DNA from: Polyangiaceae bacterium
GTDB taxonomy: Bacteria > Myxococcota_A > Polyangia > Polyangiales > Polyangiaceae
Direction of reading: 5' to 3'
Length of the DNA: 64,000 nucleotides
Assembly: GCA_041389765.1 (NCBI GenBank)
Contig: JAWKRE010000002.1
Span: forward strand, 75,908-139,907
Of the stretch, positions 28,673-37,628 are shown one piece after another. Under the pieces are notes generated by a model. That model was not told the origin of the DNA. It saw only the letters and a program-made list of their open reading frames with translations, and did not search any database. The translations under genes were made by a program, and so were the position numbers. Numbering within the stretch: the first letter of the stretch is position 1; each line of letters starts with the position of its first letter.

Positions 28673-31600
28673 CTAGTTGCGCTCGATCCGATCCGGCGTG
28701 GTCCTGTCGATGAAGGCGCGAAGCTCGGGCACGGTCTCGGGCAGATCATCGGGCCAGAGCCGGAGCTTGCCGTCCTCGCCGAAGGTCAGGACCTTGGAGT
28801 CGTGGTCGGCGAAGCGCGCCATCGCCTTCCCGGGGTGGCCCTGAATGATGCGGCCCTTGCCGCTGTCGAGGTCGATGAGGCTCGCCCAGCCGTCCTGTCC
28901 AGCGGTCAGAATACGGCGGCCGTCCGCGGACAGCTCGGCATCCGAGATGGGCCCGCGATGGCCGCTCACGACGGGAGCGATGTGCTCGAAGGTCTCCATC
29001 GAGAGGCTGCGGAGCTGCGTCTCGCCCGTGCTCAGGATGTAGAGGATCTTCTCGTCTTTCGAGAGGACGAGGCGGCGCACGCCCCAGCCGCTCTCGTCGA
29101 AGGAGCGGAAGGAGCCGGCGGCGAGATCCCAGATCCGCACCGTGTGATCGAGGCCCCCTGTCGCGACGGTCTTCTCCCCGGGGCCGAACGCGACGGCGAG
29201 GACCGCGCCGGTGTGGCGCCCGAGCTCGCGCCGCTCCCCGGTGCGCAGGTCCACGATGCGCAGCGCACCCGAGGTCGTCCCGAGGGCGATCCGCGAGCTG
29301 TCCTTGCTGAGCGCGAACGCCGACACGTTCCCTTCGAACCTGTCAATCTCGGTGAGCTTGCCGTCCGCCTCGACGCGCCGGAGGGAGCCGTCGCCCACCG
29401 CCACGAGCAGCGCGCCCGTGTCAGGCAGGTAGTGCAGGCCCCGCGACGTGCTGCCGAGAGGGATCCTCGTGAGCTCCGGCGAGCCGAAGGTGCCAGTCGA
29501 GAGCACGGCCTCCTCCGCGGTGGGGGCCTCGCTGAGCCTGTCGTCGGCGAGCTTCCACGCGAGAGACGACACGGCGAACGAGCGCTCGTCCGGGGAGATC
29601 ACCACCGAATACGAGAGCGCCGGAGGCACGGAGTAGCGCCCGAGGGCCTCGCCGCTCATCGACGTGACGTGGGGATCGCCTGTGCGGTCCACGCTCAGGA
29701 TCTTGCCCGAGGGCGACACTGCCATCGTCGCGCCCTCGCCTTCGTGCGCTGTCAGGATCTTCCCCGCGGGGCTCGGCCGGAAGAGGCGGATCTCGCCGTT
29801 CCCCGACGTGGCGAGGATGTCCTTCGTGCCGGGGAGCACGCGCACGTCCGTGACGCGGCCCTGTGTTCCGGCGTATACACGGCGCTCGCCTGTCACGAGA
29901 TCCCATGTGCGGACGGTGCGATCGAACGAGCCAGTCGCCACGAGCTGCTCGTCGTCGGAGAAGGCGATGGCGGTGATGTTTCCTTCGTGCCCTCGCAGGC
30001 GGTGGAGCTCCTTGCCCGTGGCCGCGTCGATGATCCGCACGTCGTGATGGTCCACGAGGCCCGCGAGCCGCTTGCTCGCCGTGAACGCGTCGGCGGGGTC
30101 CTTCCCCTGGAAGACGAGCCTCGCCCGTTCGCCGGAGAGGTCCCACAGCTCGCTCGACCCCACGGCCAGCAGGAGGGCCCAGTCGCCCGACCCGCCGAGC
30201 GCGCAGAGATCGGCCGTGAAGCTCGCGCGGAACGTCCGCTGCTTCGCGGTCGCGAGGTCTTCGAGCACAATGTCTCCGCCGCTCTTCGCGACGAGGACGC
30301 GCTCTCCGCCGCGCGAGAACGCGCTGCACGTGGGGGTGGCGATCGCCGGGACGAGCCTCTCCACGGCGGAGGCGCCGGGCTTGTAGCGCCACGGCTCCCC
30401 GCGGAATCCGGGCGTGCCGAGGACGGTCCCGTCGCCGAGCGCCATCAGCGCGCGCCCGGGGGCGGGGAGCTTCAGAGTGGCAGTCGTGGCCCCGGTGCTC
30501 AGATCCCAGATCCGGAGTGTGCTGTCCTTCGACACCGAGGCGGCGGCCTTTCCACCGGGGAAGAGCGCGACGTTCCACACCTCGTCGGTGTGCCCCGCGA
30601 GCGCGCGCGAGGTGCCCGTGGCCATGTCCCAGATGCGCGAGGTCTTGTCGTCGCTGGCGGTGGCGAACAGCGTCGCTCCGGGCAGCACGTCGACGTGGTT
30701 GATGTAGCCCGTGTGTCCGCGGAAGCTGCGCGAGACCCCGCGCGTGACGGCCTCGGAGGCGATGCGGCGGATCTCGCCCGCGTCGCTCATGTCGGGGGAC
30801 AGCGTCTTCAGCCAGGCGAGCGCGAGGTTCGGGTCTCTCTGGAGGGCGGCGCGCGCCTGGAGGAGCGTCATCTCGTCGGCGCGCGCGGTGGCCTGCTTCT
30901 CGGAGAGCTGCGCGGCCGCGCGGGCGCGGGTCTCGGCGACCTGCGCGGCCTCGGCCTCGTGCTGCTTGGCCTCGGCGAAGCGGCGCTGCTTGTCGGTCCA
31001 GAGGAAGGCGAGCGCGATGACGAGCGTGACGAGCGCGAGCGCCGCGGCCCCCACGCTCAGGATCGTGCGGTTTCGCTTCCAGTAGCGCCGCAGCACCTGA
31101 CGGGCTGAATACGTGTGCGCGGCGACGACCTGGCCCGTCTGGAAGCGCTCCAGATCGGCCGCGAGCTCCTTCGCGGTGCGGTACCGGCGCTCCGGCTCGC
31201 GGGCCATGGCCTTGTTCACGATGGTCGCGAGCTCGTCCGAGATCTGCGGCGCGAGCTTCTCGATGGCGCGCGGCGCTCGCTCGGTGATCGTGGCGAGCAG
31301 CTTCTCCCACGGGACATCGTGGTACGGCGGGACGGCGGCGAGCACGTGATAGAGCATCGCCCCCAGCGCATACACGTCCGCGCGCTCGTCGACGGTGCGC
31401 CCGGAGGCTTGCTCCGGCGGCATGTACGCGGGAGTCCCCACGACGGCGCCGTCGATCGTGAGCCCGTCTTTCGAGCTGACGGCGGGGCCGCCGTCGTCGG
31501 GCGTGTCGGTCTCGGCGAGGTCCTTCGCGAGCCCCCAGTCGATGACGACGGTCTCGCCGAGCTCGCCCACGAGCACGTTTGCGGGCTTGAGATCGCGGTG

Positions 31601-32254
31601 GATGATCCGCTTGCTGTGCGCGAACGCCACCGCCTGCGCCGCCGCGATGACGTGAGGCAGCAGCGAAAGCCGCTCTGCCAGCGTCTTCTGCTCGCCCACG
31701 AGATCCGCCAGCGAGCGCCCCGAGACGAGCTTCATCGCATAGAACGGCTCGCCGTCGGGCCAGCGCCCTGCCTCGTAGATCGGCACGATCGCCGGGTGCT
31801 GGAGCCGCGCCGTGAGCAGCGCCTCGCGCACGAAGCGCTGCTCTTGCTTCTCGTTCCAGGTGAGCAGCTCCTTGATCGCGACGGGCCTGTCGAGCCGCTG
31901 ATCCCGCGCGTACATCACGCGCCCGATCCCGCCCTTCGCCACCTCGTGCCCGAGCTGGTAAGCGTCGCGCGGCACCGCCGGGAGGCTCGCCGCCAGCATC
32001 GCCAGCCGCTCCGGCGACGTGGGCGGCGTGTTCGACGGCCCGGTGGGCTCTGCGAGGACGGTGGGATCGCTGCTGCCGACCCGTTCACGCGCCCCGGGCG
32101 TGTCCGCGACGAGCGTATTCGCGATCCCTCGCGGCGGCGGCGCGCTTGCCCCGGCGGCGGGCGCAGGGCTCTCCGGCGCGTGAAGGCGAGCCCGTCCCGC
32201 GCTTGACGAAAGATGCGTGTGATCGAACGCCCCGACCTCGCTCTGCTGCGCCAT
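28673..32254 (-). CDS. Ser/Thr protein kinase with TM segment and C-terminal WD40 beta-propeller repeats
   Basis: HRDLKPANVLV, DWGLAK, GTPAYMPPE. A TM helix (ILSVGAAALALVTLVIALAFLW) is followed by many WD-like repeats (GHTGYINHV...IWD). Confidence 0.85.
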   Translation of the reverse strand: MAQQSEVGAFDHTHLSSSAGRARLHAPESPAPAAGASAPPPRGIANTLVADTPGARERVGSSDPTVLAEPTGPSNTPPTSPERLAMLAASLPAVPRDAYQLGHEVAKGGIGRVMYARDQRLDRPVAIKELLTWNEKQEQRFVREALLTARLQHPAIVPIYEAGRWPDGEPFYAMKLVSGRSLADLVGEQKTLAERLSLLPHVIAAAQAVAFAHSKRIIHRDLKPANVLVGELGETVVIDWGLAKDLAETDTPDDGGPAVSSKDGLTIDGAVVGTPAYMPPEQASGRTVDERADVYALGAMLYHVLAAVPPYHDVPWEKLLATITERAPRAIEKLAPQISDELATIVNKAMAREPERRYRTAKELAADLERFQTGQVVAAHTYSARQVLRRYWKRNRTILSVGAAALALVTLVIALAFLWTDKQRRFAEAKQHEAEAAQVAETRARAAAQLSEKQATARADEMTLLQARAALQRDPNLALAWLKTLSPDMSDAGEIRRIASEAVTRGVSRSFRGHTGYINHVDVLPGATLFATASDDKTSRIWDMATGTSRALAGHTDEVWNVALFPGGKAAASVSKDSTLRIWDLSTGATTATLKLPAPGRALMALGDGTVLGTPGFRGEPWRYKPGASAVERLVPAIATPTCSAFSRGGERVLVAKSGGDIVLEDLATAKQRTFRASFTADLCALGGSGDWALLLAVGSSELWDLSGERARLVFQGKDPADAFTASKRLAGLVDHHDVRIIDAATGKELHRLRGHEGNITAIAFSDDEQLVATGSFDRTVRTWDLVTGERRVYAGTQGRVTDVRVLPGTKDILATSGNGEIRLFRPSPAGKILTAHEGEGATMAVSPSGKILSVDRTGDPHVTSMSGEALGRYSVPPALSYSVVISPDERSFAVSSLAWKLADDRLSEAPTAEEAVLSTGTFGSPELTRIPLGSTSRGLHYLPDTGALLVAVGDGSLRRVEADGKLTEIDRFEGNVSAFALSKDSSRIALGTTSGALRIVDLRTGERRELGRHTGAVLAVAFGPGEKTVATGGLDHTVRIWDLAAGSFRSFDESGWGVRRLVLSKDEKILYILSTGETQLRSLSMETFEHIAPVVSGHRGPISDAELSADGRRILTAGQDGWASLIDLDSGKGRIIQGHPGKAMARFADHDSKVLTFGEDGKLRLWPDDLPETVPELRAFIDRTTPDRIERN

Positions 32255-32347
32255 GAATACCTCGCCGGCGCGCTCCCGCCGGTACACGAAGCAAGGTTGC
32301 GGCCCCCATGCTAGCCGCCAGAGCACACAGAGTCACACGGAGGTTTT

Positions 32348-33478
32348 CTACTTCTGCGCCTTCGCCGCGCTCTTCGCCCGGTGAACCCGCTTCTGCGTCC
32401 ATTCCACCGCCGCGCGCGGCCGCACCAGCCCCGCGCCTTGAAGTGCCTTTTCGACTTTTTGTAGAGGCCGCGCCGTGTGCGTCAGCCCCTCGCGGATGTC
32501 TTCGGGCGTGAGCGTGGGATCGACCTCCAGCATCTGCGCCGCCACCGAGGCGGTGATCGGCGAGGCGAACGAGGTCCCGTCCACGTGCTGGTAGTCCGGC
32601 GAGATGTACTTGCACCGCGCGATGCGCGCGTACACCGCGTCGAGCAAGGCATTGACGCTCGCGCGCTCCTCCGGCGTCGCGATCTGCCTCGTGTCCGAGA
32701 ACCCGTATTCCGTCGACAGCTCCTCCAGCACCGACACGAGCTGGAACAGCGGCGCTGCCTCCCGCGCGGTGAGCGTCCCCGGCAGCATCGGCGCGGGCAC
32801 CCAGATCGCAGGGGCGATGAGGTCGGGCTTGTGGACGCCCGGCTTCGGCGAGCCGTGGCTCGAAGGCCAGAGCGTGTCGTCCTCGAACCCTGGAGTGTTG
32901 TTGTCGTTGCCGCCGCCGACGGTGATCGCGCTCTTCGCCGCGCCGGGCCCGGAAGGCGGCCGACCGGGCATGTTCCCCGCCGCCGCGAACACGGTGATCC
33001 CCTCTGCCACCACCTCTTCGACCGCGGCCTCCACGTCCTTGATGTCGGGATCCCCCGGCGACACCCCGAGCGACACGTTCAAGATCCGGATGCCGAGGTG
33101 TGGATATCGCAGCGGAAAGCGGATCGCGTGCGCGACGTTCTTGCCGAGGATCCTCCCGTCCTCGACGCCGGCCTTGATGAGCACCACCTCGGCGTCGCTC
33201 GCGAGCCCGCGGTAGCGCCCGCCCGAGAGCCAGCCGTTCCCTGCGGCGCAGCACGCCGTCATCGTGCCGTGCCAGCTCCACACCTGTGGGTTGAAGAAGT
33301 CGCTCGCGACGGGGGTGTCGCGCGTCGCGTCGGCATAGGCCTTCACGCGGCGGCGCGGTCTCACGAGGTCGGCGTGCGGGAAGAACCCGCTGTCCACGAA
33401 GCCGATGCACACCCCTCGACCCGTGTGCTTGAACGACGCGTCGAGCCGCTCGAAGAGCGAATAGACGATCGGCCGCAC
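32348..33478 (-). CDS. Subtilisin-like serine protease (S8), no signal peptide
   Basis: Catalytic triad contexts VDSGF (Asp), HGT (His), GTSFASP (Ser). GTG start overlaps the upstream stop (TAGTG). Confidence 0.85.
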   Translation of the reverse strand: MRPIVYSLFERLDASFKHTGRGVCIGFVDSGFFPHADLVRPRRRVKAYADATRDTPVASDFFNPQVWSWHGTMTACCAAGNGWLSGGRYRGLASDAEVVLIKAGVEDGRILGKNVAHAIRFPLRYPHLGIRILNVSLGVSPGDPDIKDVEAAVEEVVAEGITVFAAAGNMPGRPPSGPGAAKSAITVGGGNDNNTPGFEDDTLWPSSHGSPKPGVHKPDLIAPAIWVPAPMLPGTLTAREAAPLFQLVSVLEELSTEYGFSDTRQIATPEERASVNALLDAVYARIARCKYISPDYQHVDGTSFASPITASVAAQMLEVDPTLTPEDIREGLTHTARPLQKVEKALQGAGLVRPRAAVEWTQKRVHRAKSAAKAQK

Positions 33479-33795
33479 TACGAGCCTTCCTCGGAGTCAC
33501 GCCACTCGACGTCGATCCCGTCGCCCTCCTGCGCGTCGTCCTCCTGGACGGTCGGCTCCGGGGTGGCGGGATCGCGGTACGCGGAGCGCCTGTCCGTGAG
33601 CGCTTTTCGCAGCGCCTTCACGAGCTGCATGTCCGCTCCGCTCTCCTCCATGTGGTCGAGGGTCGTCTCGTCGATGTAGTAGTCCCGATCCGTGGTGCTC
33701 TCTTCCTGGAGCGTGCGCTGGAGGTCCTGGAGCTGTTGCTCCGTCATGCGCAGGATCAGCTTGCCCGAGCCCTTGAGGTGGAGAGTCTTCGCCAT
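33478..33795 (-). CDS. Small acidic hypothetical protein translationally coupled to S8 protease
   Basis: 105 aa (MAKTLHLKGSGKLILRMTEQQLQDLQ...), D/E-rich C-terminus. Its stop overlaps the protease GTG start by 1 nt. Confidence 0.45.
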   Translation of the reverse strand: MAKTLHLKGSGKLILRMTEQQLQDLQRTLQEESTTDRDYYIDETTLDHMEESGADMQLVKALRKALTDRRSAYRDPATPEPTVQEDDAQEGDGIDVEWRDSEEGS

Positions 33796-33837
33796 GGCGC
33801 GCGGAGCCTACCACGAGAGTCGCAGGACGCCGGGCCG

Positions 33838-36225
33838 CTACTTGAGCTTGAGCAGCGTCGCGAGCTTCTCGCACCCGCGGTCGATGCCTTCGAGCGGCCA
33901 CGTCCCGCGCACGCGCACGACCCCCTCTTCCGCCGTCACCTTCGCCGACGACAGCGCCGTCTTCTCCCCCATCTGATCCGGCAGCGCCACCAGCACGAGC
34001 CGCGTGAGCGCGAACAGTTGCTCCACGTCCTTCGCCAGCGCCTCCGCCTGCTCGCCGCTCTTCGGCACGATCGCCAGATCGAGCGCCGGCTCCTCCCCGA
34101 GCGCCAGCGACCCGTGCACGAGCCGGATCCGCCGCAGCGACCCCCCCGGATCCACCGCCGCCGTCTCGCGCGAAAGCTCCTCGAACGCCTCGCGTGTCAT
34201 CGCGAACGCGACCGCCCCTTCGGCCGGCAGCTCCAGCCGCTTGTATTCATCGGTCGCGGGCATCGCCGCTTCCACGATCTCCGCCTCCGTCCCGAGGACG
34301 ATCGTCCCGTCCTCGGCTTGCCCGAAGGTCACCCCGCCGGGCCCCACGAGCAGCTCCCCGCTCCGTCTCCACTCCCCGAGCCCTTCCTCTGCGAGCACCT
34401 TCTCCATCCCCGGCACGAACTTCCCCGCGTCGAAGCTCCCCCCCACGAGCGCCACCCAGCTCCGCGCGTCCACCGAGGCCACGACCAGCTCGCGCACATC
34501 GAGCGTCGGATCGATCCCTGTCGCCTGTCCGATGCGCTGCGCCAGCGTCTTCCCCGGCACCTTGGTGGATTGCCGCTCGAACAGCACCGGCCAGAAGTGC
34601 TTTCGCACCGGCGCGAACGTGCCAATCTGCCGCACGTCCGCCCGCACAGCCACGTTCGAAGCCGCCGGCACATGCCGGATGGCGACAGGCGTATACCGAA
34701 AGAACAGCAGATAAGCGACCGTCACCCCCGCGATCGCCAGCACCCCCAGCGTGGCGAACACCACCGCCACCACCGCCCGAGCGCGCGATTTCTTCCCAGC
34801 ATTCGGGGCGCCCTCGGTGGGCGGGCTGCCTTGTTCCGGTGTGGCCTTTGTCCCGCCGGCCTCTCCCCCGCCAGCCCCCGGAGCCGCGTCGCCTCCGCCG
34901 CCGGGATCCCCTGCGTTCTGCGCGCCCGCCGCCCCTGCTGCCCCTGCCCCCGGATTGGATACGCCCTGTGCGACAGCCGCTGTCGAGGGCACCGTGAGGT
35001 CGAGCGGGTTGGGCGCGCTCGTCTGCCCCGGCGGAGTGAACGTCGTCGCCCCCTCGCGCCCCTGAGAGGCGCTCTCCCCCGCCTGATGGACAGCCATCGA
35101 CGGCGCGTGCTGCGGCGCCACCCCGACGAGCGTCCGCGCCCCCGGCGCCGGCCTCGCAGGCGCGGGGCTCGGTAGATGCTCGACGAGCACCGGCGCCGCC
35201 ATCGGCATCGCCGGCGCCGCCACCGGCGCTGATGGCGGGACCTCCGGCGAAGCGGCGACAGGCGGAGGGGCGAGGATCGCCTCCCGCGCGGGCGTGGGGT
35301 GCGGGCCTGACTGGACAGGCTGAGGGCCGTCCGTGTGAGAGCTGTCTGCGCCGCGTGCGGGTTGTGCGGCGGGTGCGGGGTGCGCCCCGGGGGCGGGGTG
35401 TGCGGCGGGTGCGGGCTGTGCGGCGGGTGCGGGGTGTGCGGCGGGGGCGGGCTGTGCTGCGGGTGCGGGCTGCGCGCCGGCCTGGGCGGCGTTGGCGAAG
35501 GGCGCGGCGCGCTGTGCGGGCATCGCCGGGAGATGGGCCAGGAGGCCGCCGGGTTGAGCCCGCGGCGGGCCGGGGAAGGGCATCGGCGGTTCCGGCGCCG
35601 GAACGGACTTCGCGGACTCCTGGGTCGATGCGAATTCCTTGGGGGCGCGCGCGGATACGGAGGACGGGACTTCGGACTGCGGCATCGCTGCGGTGGCGGC
35701 GGGCGATGCGGCGGGGGGGGTCTGGCCGGGCATGGGAGCCGTGGGGGCGAGAAAGGCTTGTGCGGGTGCAGCGGGCGCGCCGGCCATCGGGTGGGCGCCG
35801 TGAGGCGCTGCCGCCACCTGCGCATGGGAACGGTTTGCCCCCCCTGAAGAATGCGGAGAGGAAAGGTCGGAATGGAAGCGGGCGGCGTCGGGCGCAGGGG
35901 TGATAGGCGGACCGGCGGTGGCGGGGGAAGGCGTGGGGGCGATGCGCGTGCCGGCGTGGGGCGGGCTGAGCTGCATCGGGGAGGCGTAGAGAGGGGCCGC
36001 AGGAGGGGTCGGCGGGGGGATGGCGACGGAGTCGGGGAGCGTGGGGGAGGCGCGGCGCGGAGGGGCGTCGGCGAGCGTGGGGGAAGGGGCGCGGCGCGCG
36101 GGCTCGGGGATGTCGTCGAGCGTGGGGCGGTTCGCGGCGGGGAGGTCGTCCATGGTCGCGCGATCGCCTGCCGGCGGCTCGCTCAGCGTGGGAGGGACGG
36201 GCTCGTCGACCAAGGTGTTGCCCAT
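33838..36225 (-). CDS. Membrane protein with long Pro/Ala-rich N-terminal low-complexity region and C-terminal periplasmic domain
   Basis: 795 aa. N-terminal 500 aa are P/A-rich with AQPAPAAHPAPA repeats. A single TM helix (AVVAVVFATLGVLAIAGVTVAYLLFF) is followed by a globular C-terminal domain. Confidence 0.5.
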   Translation of the reverse strand: MGNTLVDEPVPPTLSEPPAGDRATMDDLPAANRPTLDDIPEPARRAPSPTLADAPPRRASPTLPDSVAIPPPTPPAAPLYASPMQLSPPHAGTRIAPTPSPATAGPPITPAPDAARFHSDLSSPHSSGGANRSHAQVAAAPHGAHPMAGAPAAPAQAFLAPTAPMPGQTPPAASPAATAAMPQSEVPSSVSARAPKEFASTQESAKSVPAPEPPMPFPGPPRAQPGGLLAHLPAMPAQRAAPFANAAQAGAQPAPAAQPAPAAHPAPAAQPAPAAHPAPGAHPAPAAQPARGADSSHTDGPQPVQSGPHPTPAREAILAPPPVAASPEVPPSAPVAAPAMPMAAPVLVEHLPSPAPARPAPGARTLVGVAPQHAPSMAVHQAGESASQGREGATTFTPPGQTSAPNPLDLTVPSTAAVAQGVSNPGAGAAGAAGAQNAGDPGGGGDAAPGAGGGEAGGTKATPEQGSPPTEGAPNAGKKSRARAVVAVVFATLGVLAIAGVTVAYLLFFRYTPVAIRHVPAASNVAVRADVRQIGTFAPVRKHFWPVLFERQSTKVPGKTLAQRIGQATGIDPTLDVRELVVASVDARSWVALVGGSFDAGKFVPGMEKVLAEEGLGEWRRSGELLVGPGGVTFGQAEDGTIVLGTEAEIVEAAMPATDEYKRLELPAEGAVAFAMTREAFEELSRETAAVDPGGSLRRIRLVHGSLALGEEPALDLAIVPKSGEQAEALAKDVEQLFALTRLVLVALPDQMGEKTALSSAKVTAEEGVVRVRGTWPLEGIDRGCEKLATLLKLK

Positions 36226-36349
36226 GGTGGAGGGCTACCACAGCCGAGAGCGGGTGGCTTGACCGGGAGATGACCCCGATCGTGCCAAGGCTTGCTCAGG
36301 TGTATTCGATCGCGCATGATTGGCGCGGGGGCGAGATCGTATTCAGGCG

Positions 36350-36540
36350 TTCTTGAGAGGGCGGATCAGCCGTACTGGAGATGGGCGGGTCAGCCGCACG
36401 TGGGGTTGGCCAGACAGAATCAGAGTGTGAATGCCGAGCGTGTCTTGAGATGGGTTGTTTCGAGCACCAGAATCGGACGAAGACCGCCGTGTCTCGGCGC
36501 CCCGCAGTGCGATGGGGCGACGTGACAGCCTCAGTCAGGG
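36350..36540 (+). repeat. Degenerate (AT-shifted) copy of the ~220-nt dispersed repeat
   Basis: Shares ordered blocks CACGTGG..GAATGCCGAGCGTG..TTGAG..GGACGAAGACC..TCTCGGCG..GCGATGGGG with copies 1-3, but with deletions and lower GC. Confidence 0.4.
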
Positions 36541-36566
36541 ATTCATTCGCCGTACACAGCGATACG

Positions 36567-36968
36567 TCAGCGAGGTCTTCGCGGCGGGGTGATTTCGCCG
36601 GTTCCGATGGGCCGCAGGCGCTGAGCGAACAAGGCGCGAAGCTCTTGCCACTCAATGGCCTGGCGGACAACGCGCAAGCGGTCGAGCGCGAGCTCCGCGT
36701 CATCACGAAACAAGTCGAGGCCGATCGAAAATGCGGCTGCATGAGCAGCGGCGGGGACAGCCGCCCTCGCGATCGGACCGAGCGAGCGGGATCGACGCGC
36801 GAGCGCCAGGAAAAGCGCGGCGGGCTCGTCTTCGGGGCGCCCCTGGGTGAGTCCCTCCGCCTCGTCGTACGCGGCGTCTACGGCAGCGGGATCCGGCTGG
36901 ACGGCAGGGCGCTGCCGTTTGACGAGGTGATCGAACAGCGCGCCGAGCTCTTCCCGCGAAAGGCGCAT
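36567..36968 (-). CDS. Hypothetical protein (133 aa), downstream partner of TAATG-coupled pair
   Basis: The ATG overlaps the TAA of the upstream 91-aa ORF (TAATG). MRLSREELGALFDHLVKRQRPAV... High GC3. Confidence 0.4.
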   Translation of the reverse strand: MRLSREELGALFDHLVKRQRPAVQPDPAAVDAAYDEAEGLTQGRPEDEPAALFLALARRSRSLGPIARAAVPAAAHAAAFSIGLDLFRDDAELALDRLRVVRQAIEWQELRALFAQRLRPIGTGEITPPRRPR

Positions 36969-37243
36969 TACCGCCGTACAGTGGGGATCCGCGCCGCCTG
37001 TTGCTTGGAGGCTGCCAAGGCGTCCTCGGGGAGACGCCGCTGGCACGGGTGCGTGCCCGCGACCAGCGCCGCGAGCTCATCGTCGTCATCATCGCCGTAC
37101 AGCTCCGCCGAAATGCGAGCGCCATCGAGATCGGTTCGCTGCAGGGCGTGCAGGATCGCGCCGTCGGGGATGAGCCGCACGTCGGACGCGGGTGCAGGGG
37201 ACGGCGTCGGGTCCTTCTCGGCGTTGGCGGGGGCGCTTCCCAT
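36968..37243 (-). CDS. Hypothetical small acidic protein (91 aa), upstream partner of TAATG-coupled pair
   Basis: MGSAPANAEKDPTPSPAPASDVRLIPDGAILHALQRTDLDGARISAELYGDDDDDELAALVAG... High GC3. Confidence 0.4.
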   Translation of the reverse strand: MGSAPANAEKDPTPSPAPASDVRLIPDGAILHALQRTDLDGARISAELYGDDDDDELAALVAGTHPCQRRLPEDALAASKQQAARIPTVRR

Positions 37244-37319
37244 GCAACGAACGCTACCACGCCGACGACGGCGCCGTCATCGCCCGGGGTCGCGGAGGCA
37301 CCCTGCCGACGAGCTGCTC

Positions 37320-37603
37320 CGGGGAGGAGCTACTGCCTGTTTCGGGGGTTCGAGGCCGGCACGGCGCCGGGAGCGCTGGCCCTGGAGGGGCGTCGTGTCG
37401 TCGTGGAGCTGCGCCAGGACGGGGATGCGGATCTGGGGGGGCGCTACACGCTCAAACGTTGGAAGGTCGTGAAGGGGGACGGGGACGGCGGGGCGCTGGA
37501 GGTCGCGCTCGTGCCGGACAATCCAGGCTTCCCGCCTTTGCGGTTGCGGACGGAGGACGGGGAGGTCCGGGTGGTCGCGGAGCTCCTGGAGGTGCTGGGG
37601 TAG
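37320..37603 (+). pseudogene. S24 (LexA/UmuD-like) peptidase C-terminal domain remnant
   Basis: GRRVVVELRQDGDADLGGRYTLKRWKVVKGDGDGGALEVALVPDNPGFPPLRLRTEDGEVRVVAELLEVLG aligns with the LexA C-terminus (VVVARIDDEVTVKRLKK...ELLPENSEFKPIVV...GVIR). There is no upstream GxSM nucleophile segment or start codon in frame. Confidence 0.3.
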
Positions 37604-37628
37604 GGGGTGGCGAAAACAGATCGGCGGG

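Noticed and set aside
36381-37472. 363-aa plus-strand ORF over the 36.4-37.5 kb region
   Set aside because: It overlaps a degenerate repeat copy and the antisense of the TAATG-coupled pair. The composition is R/G-rich.
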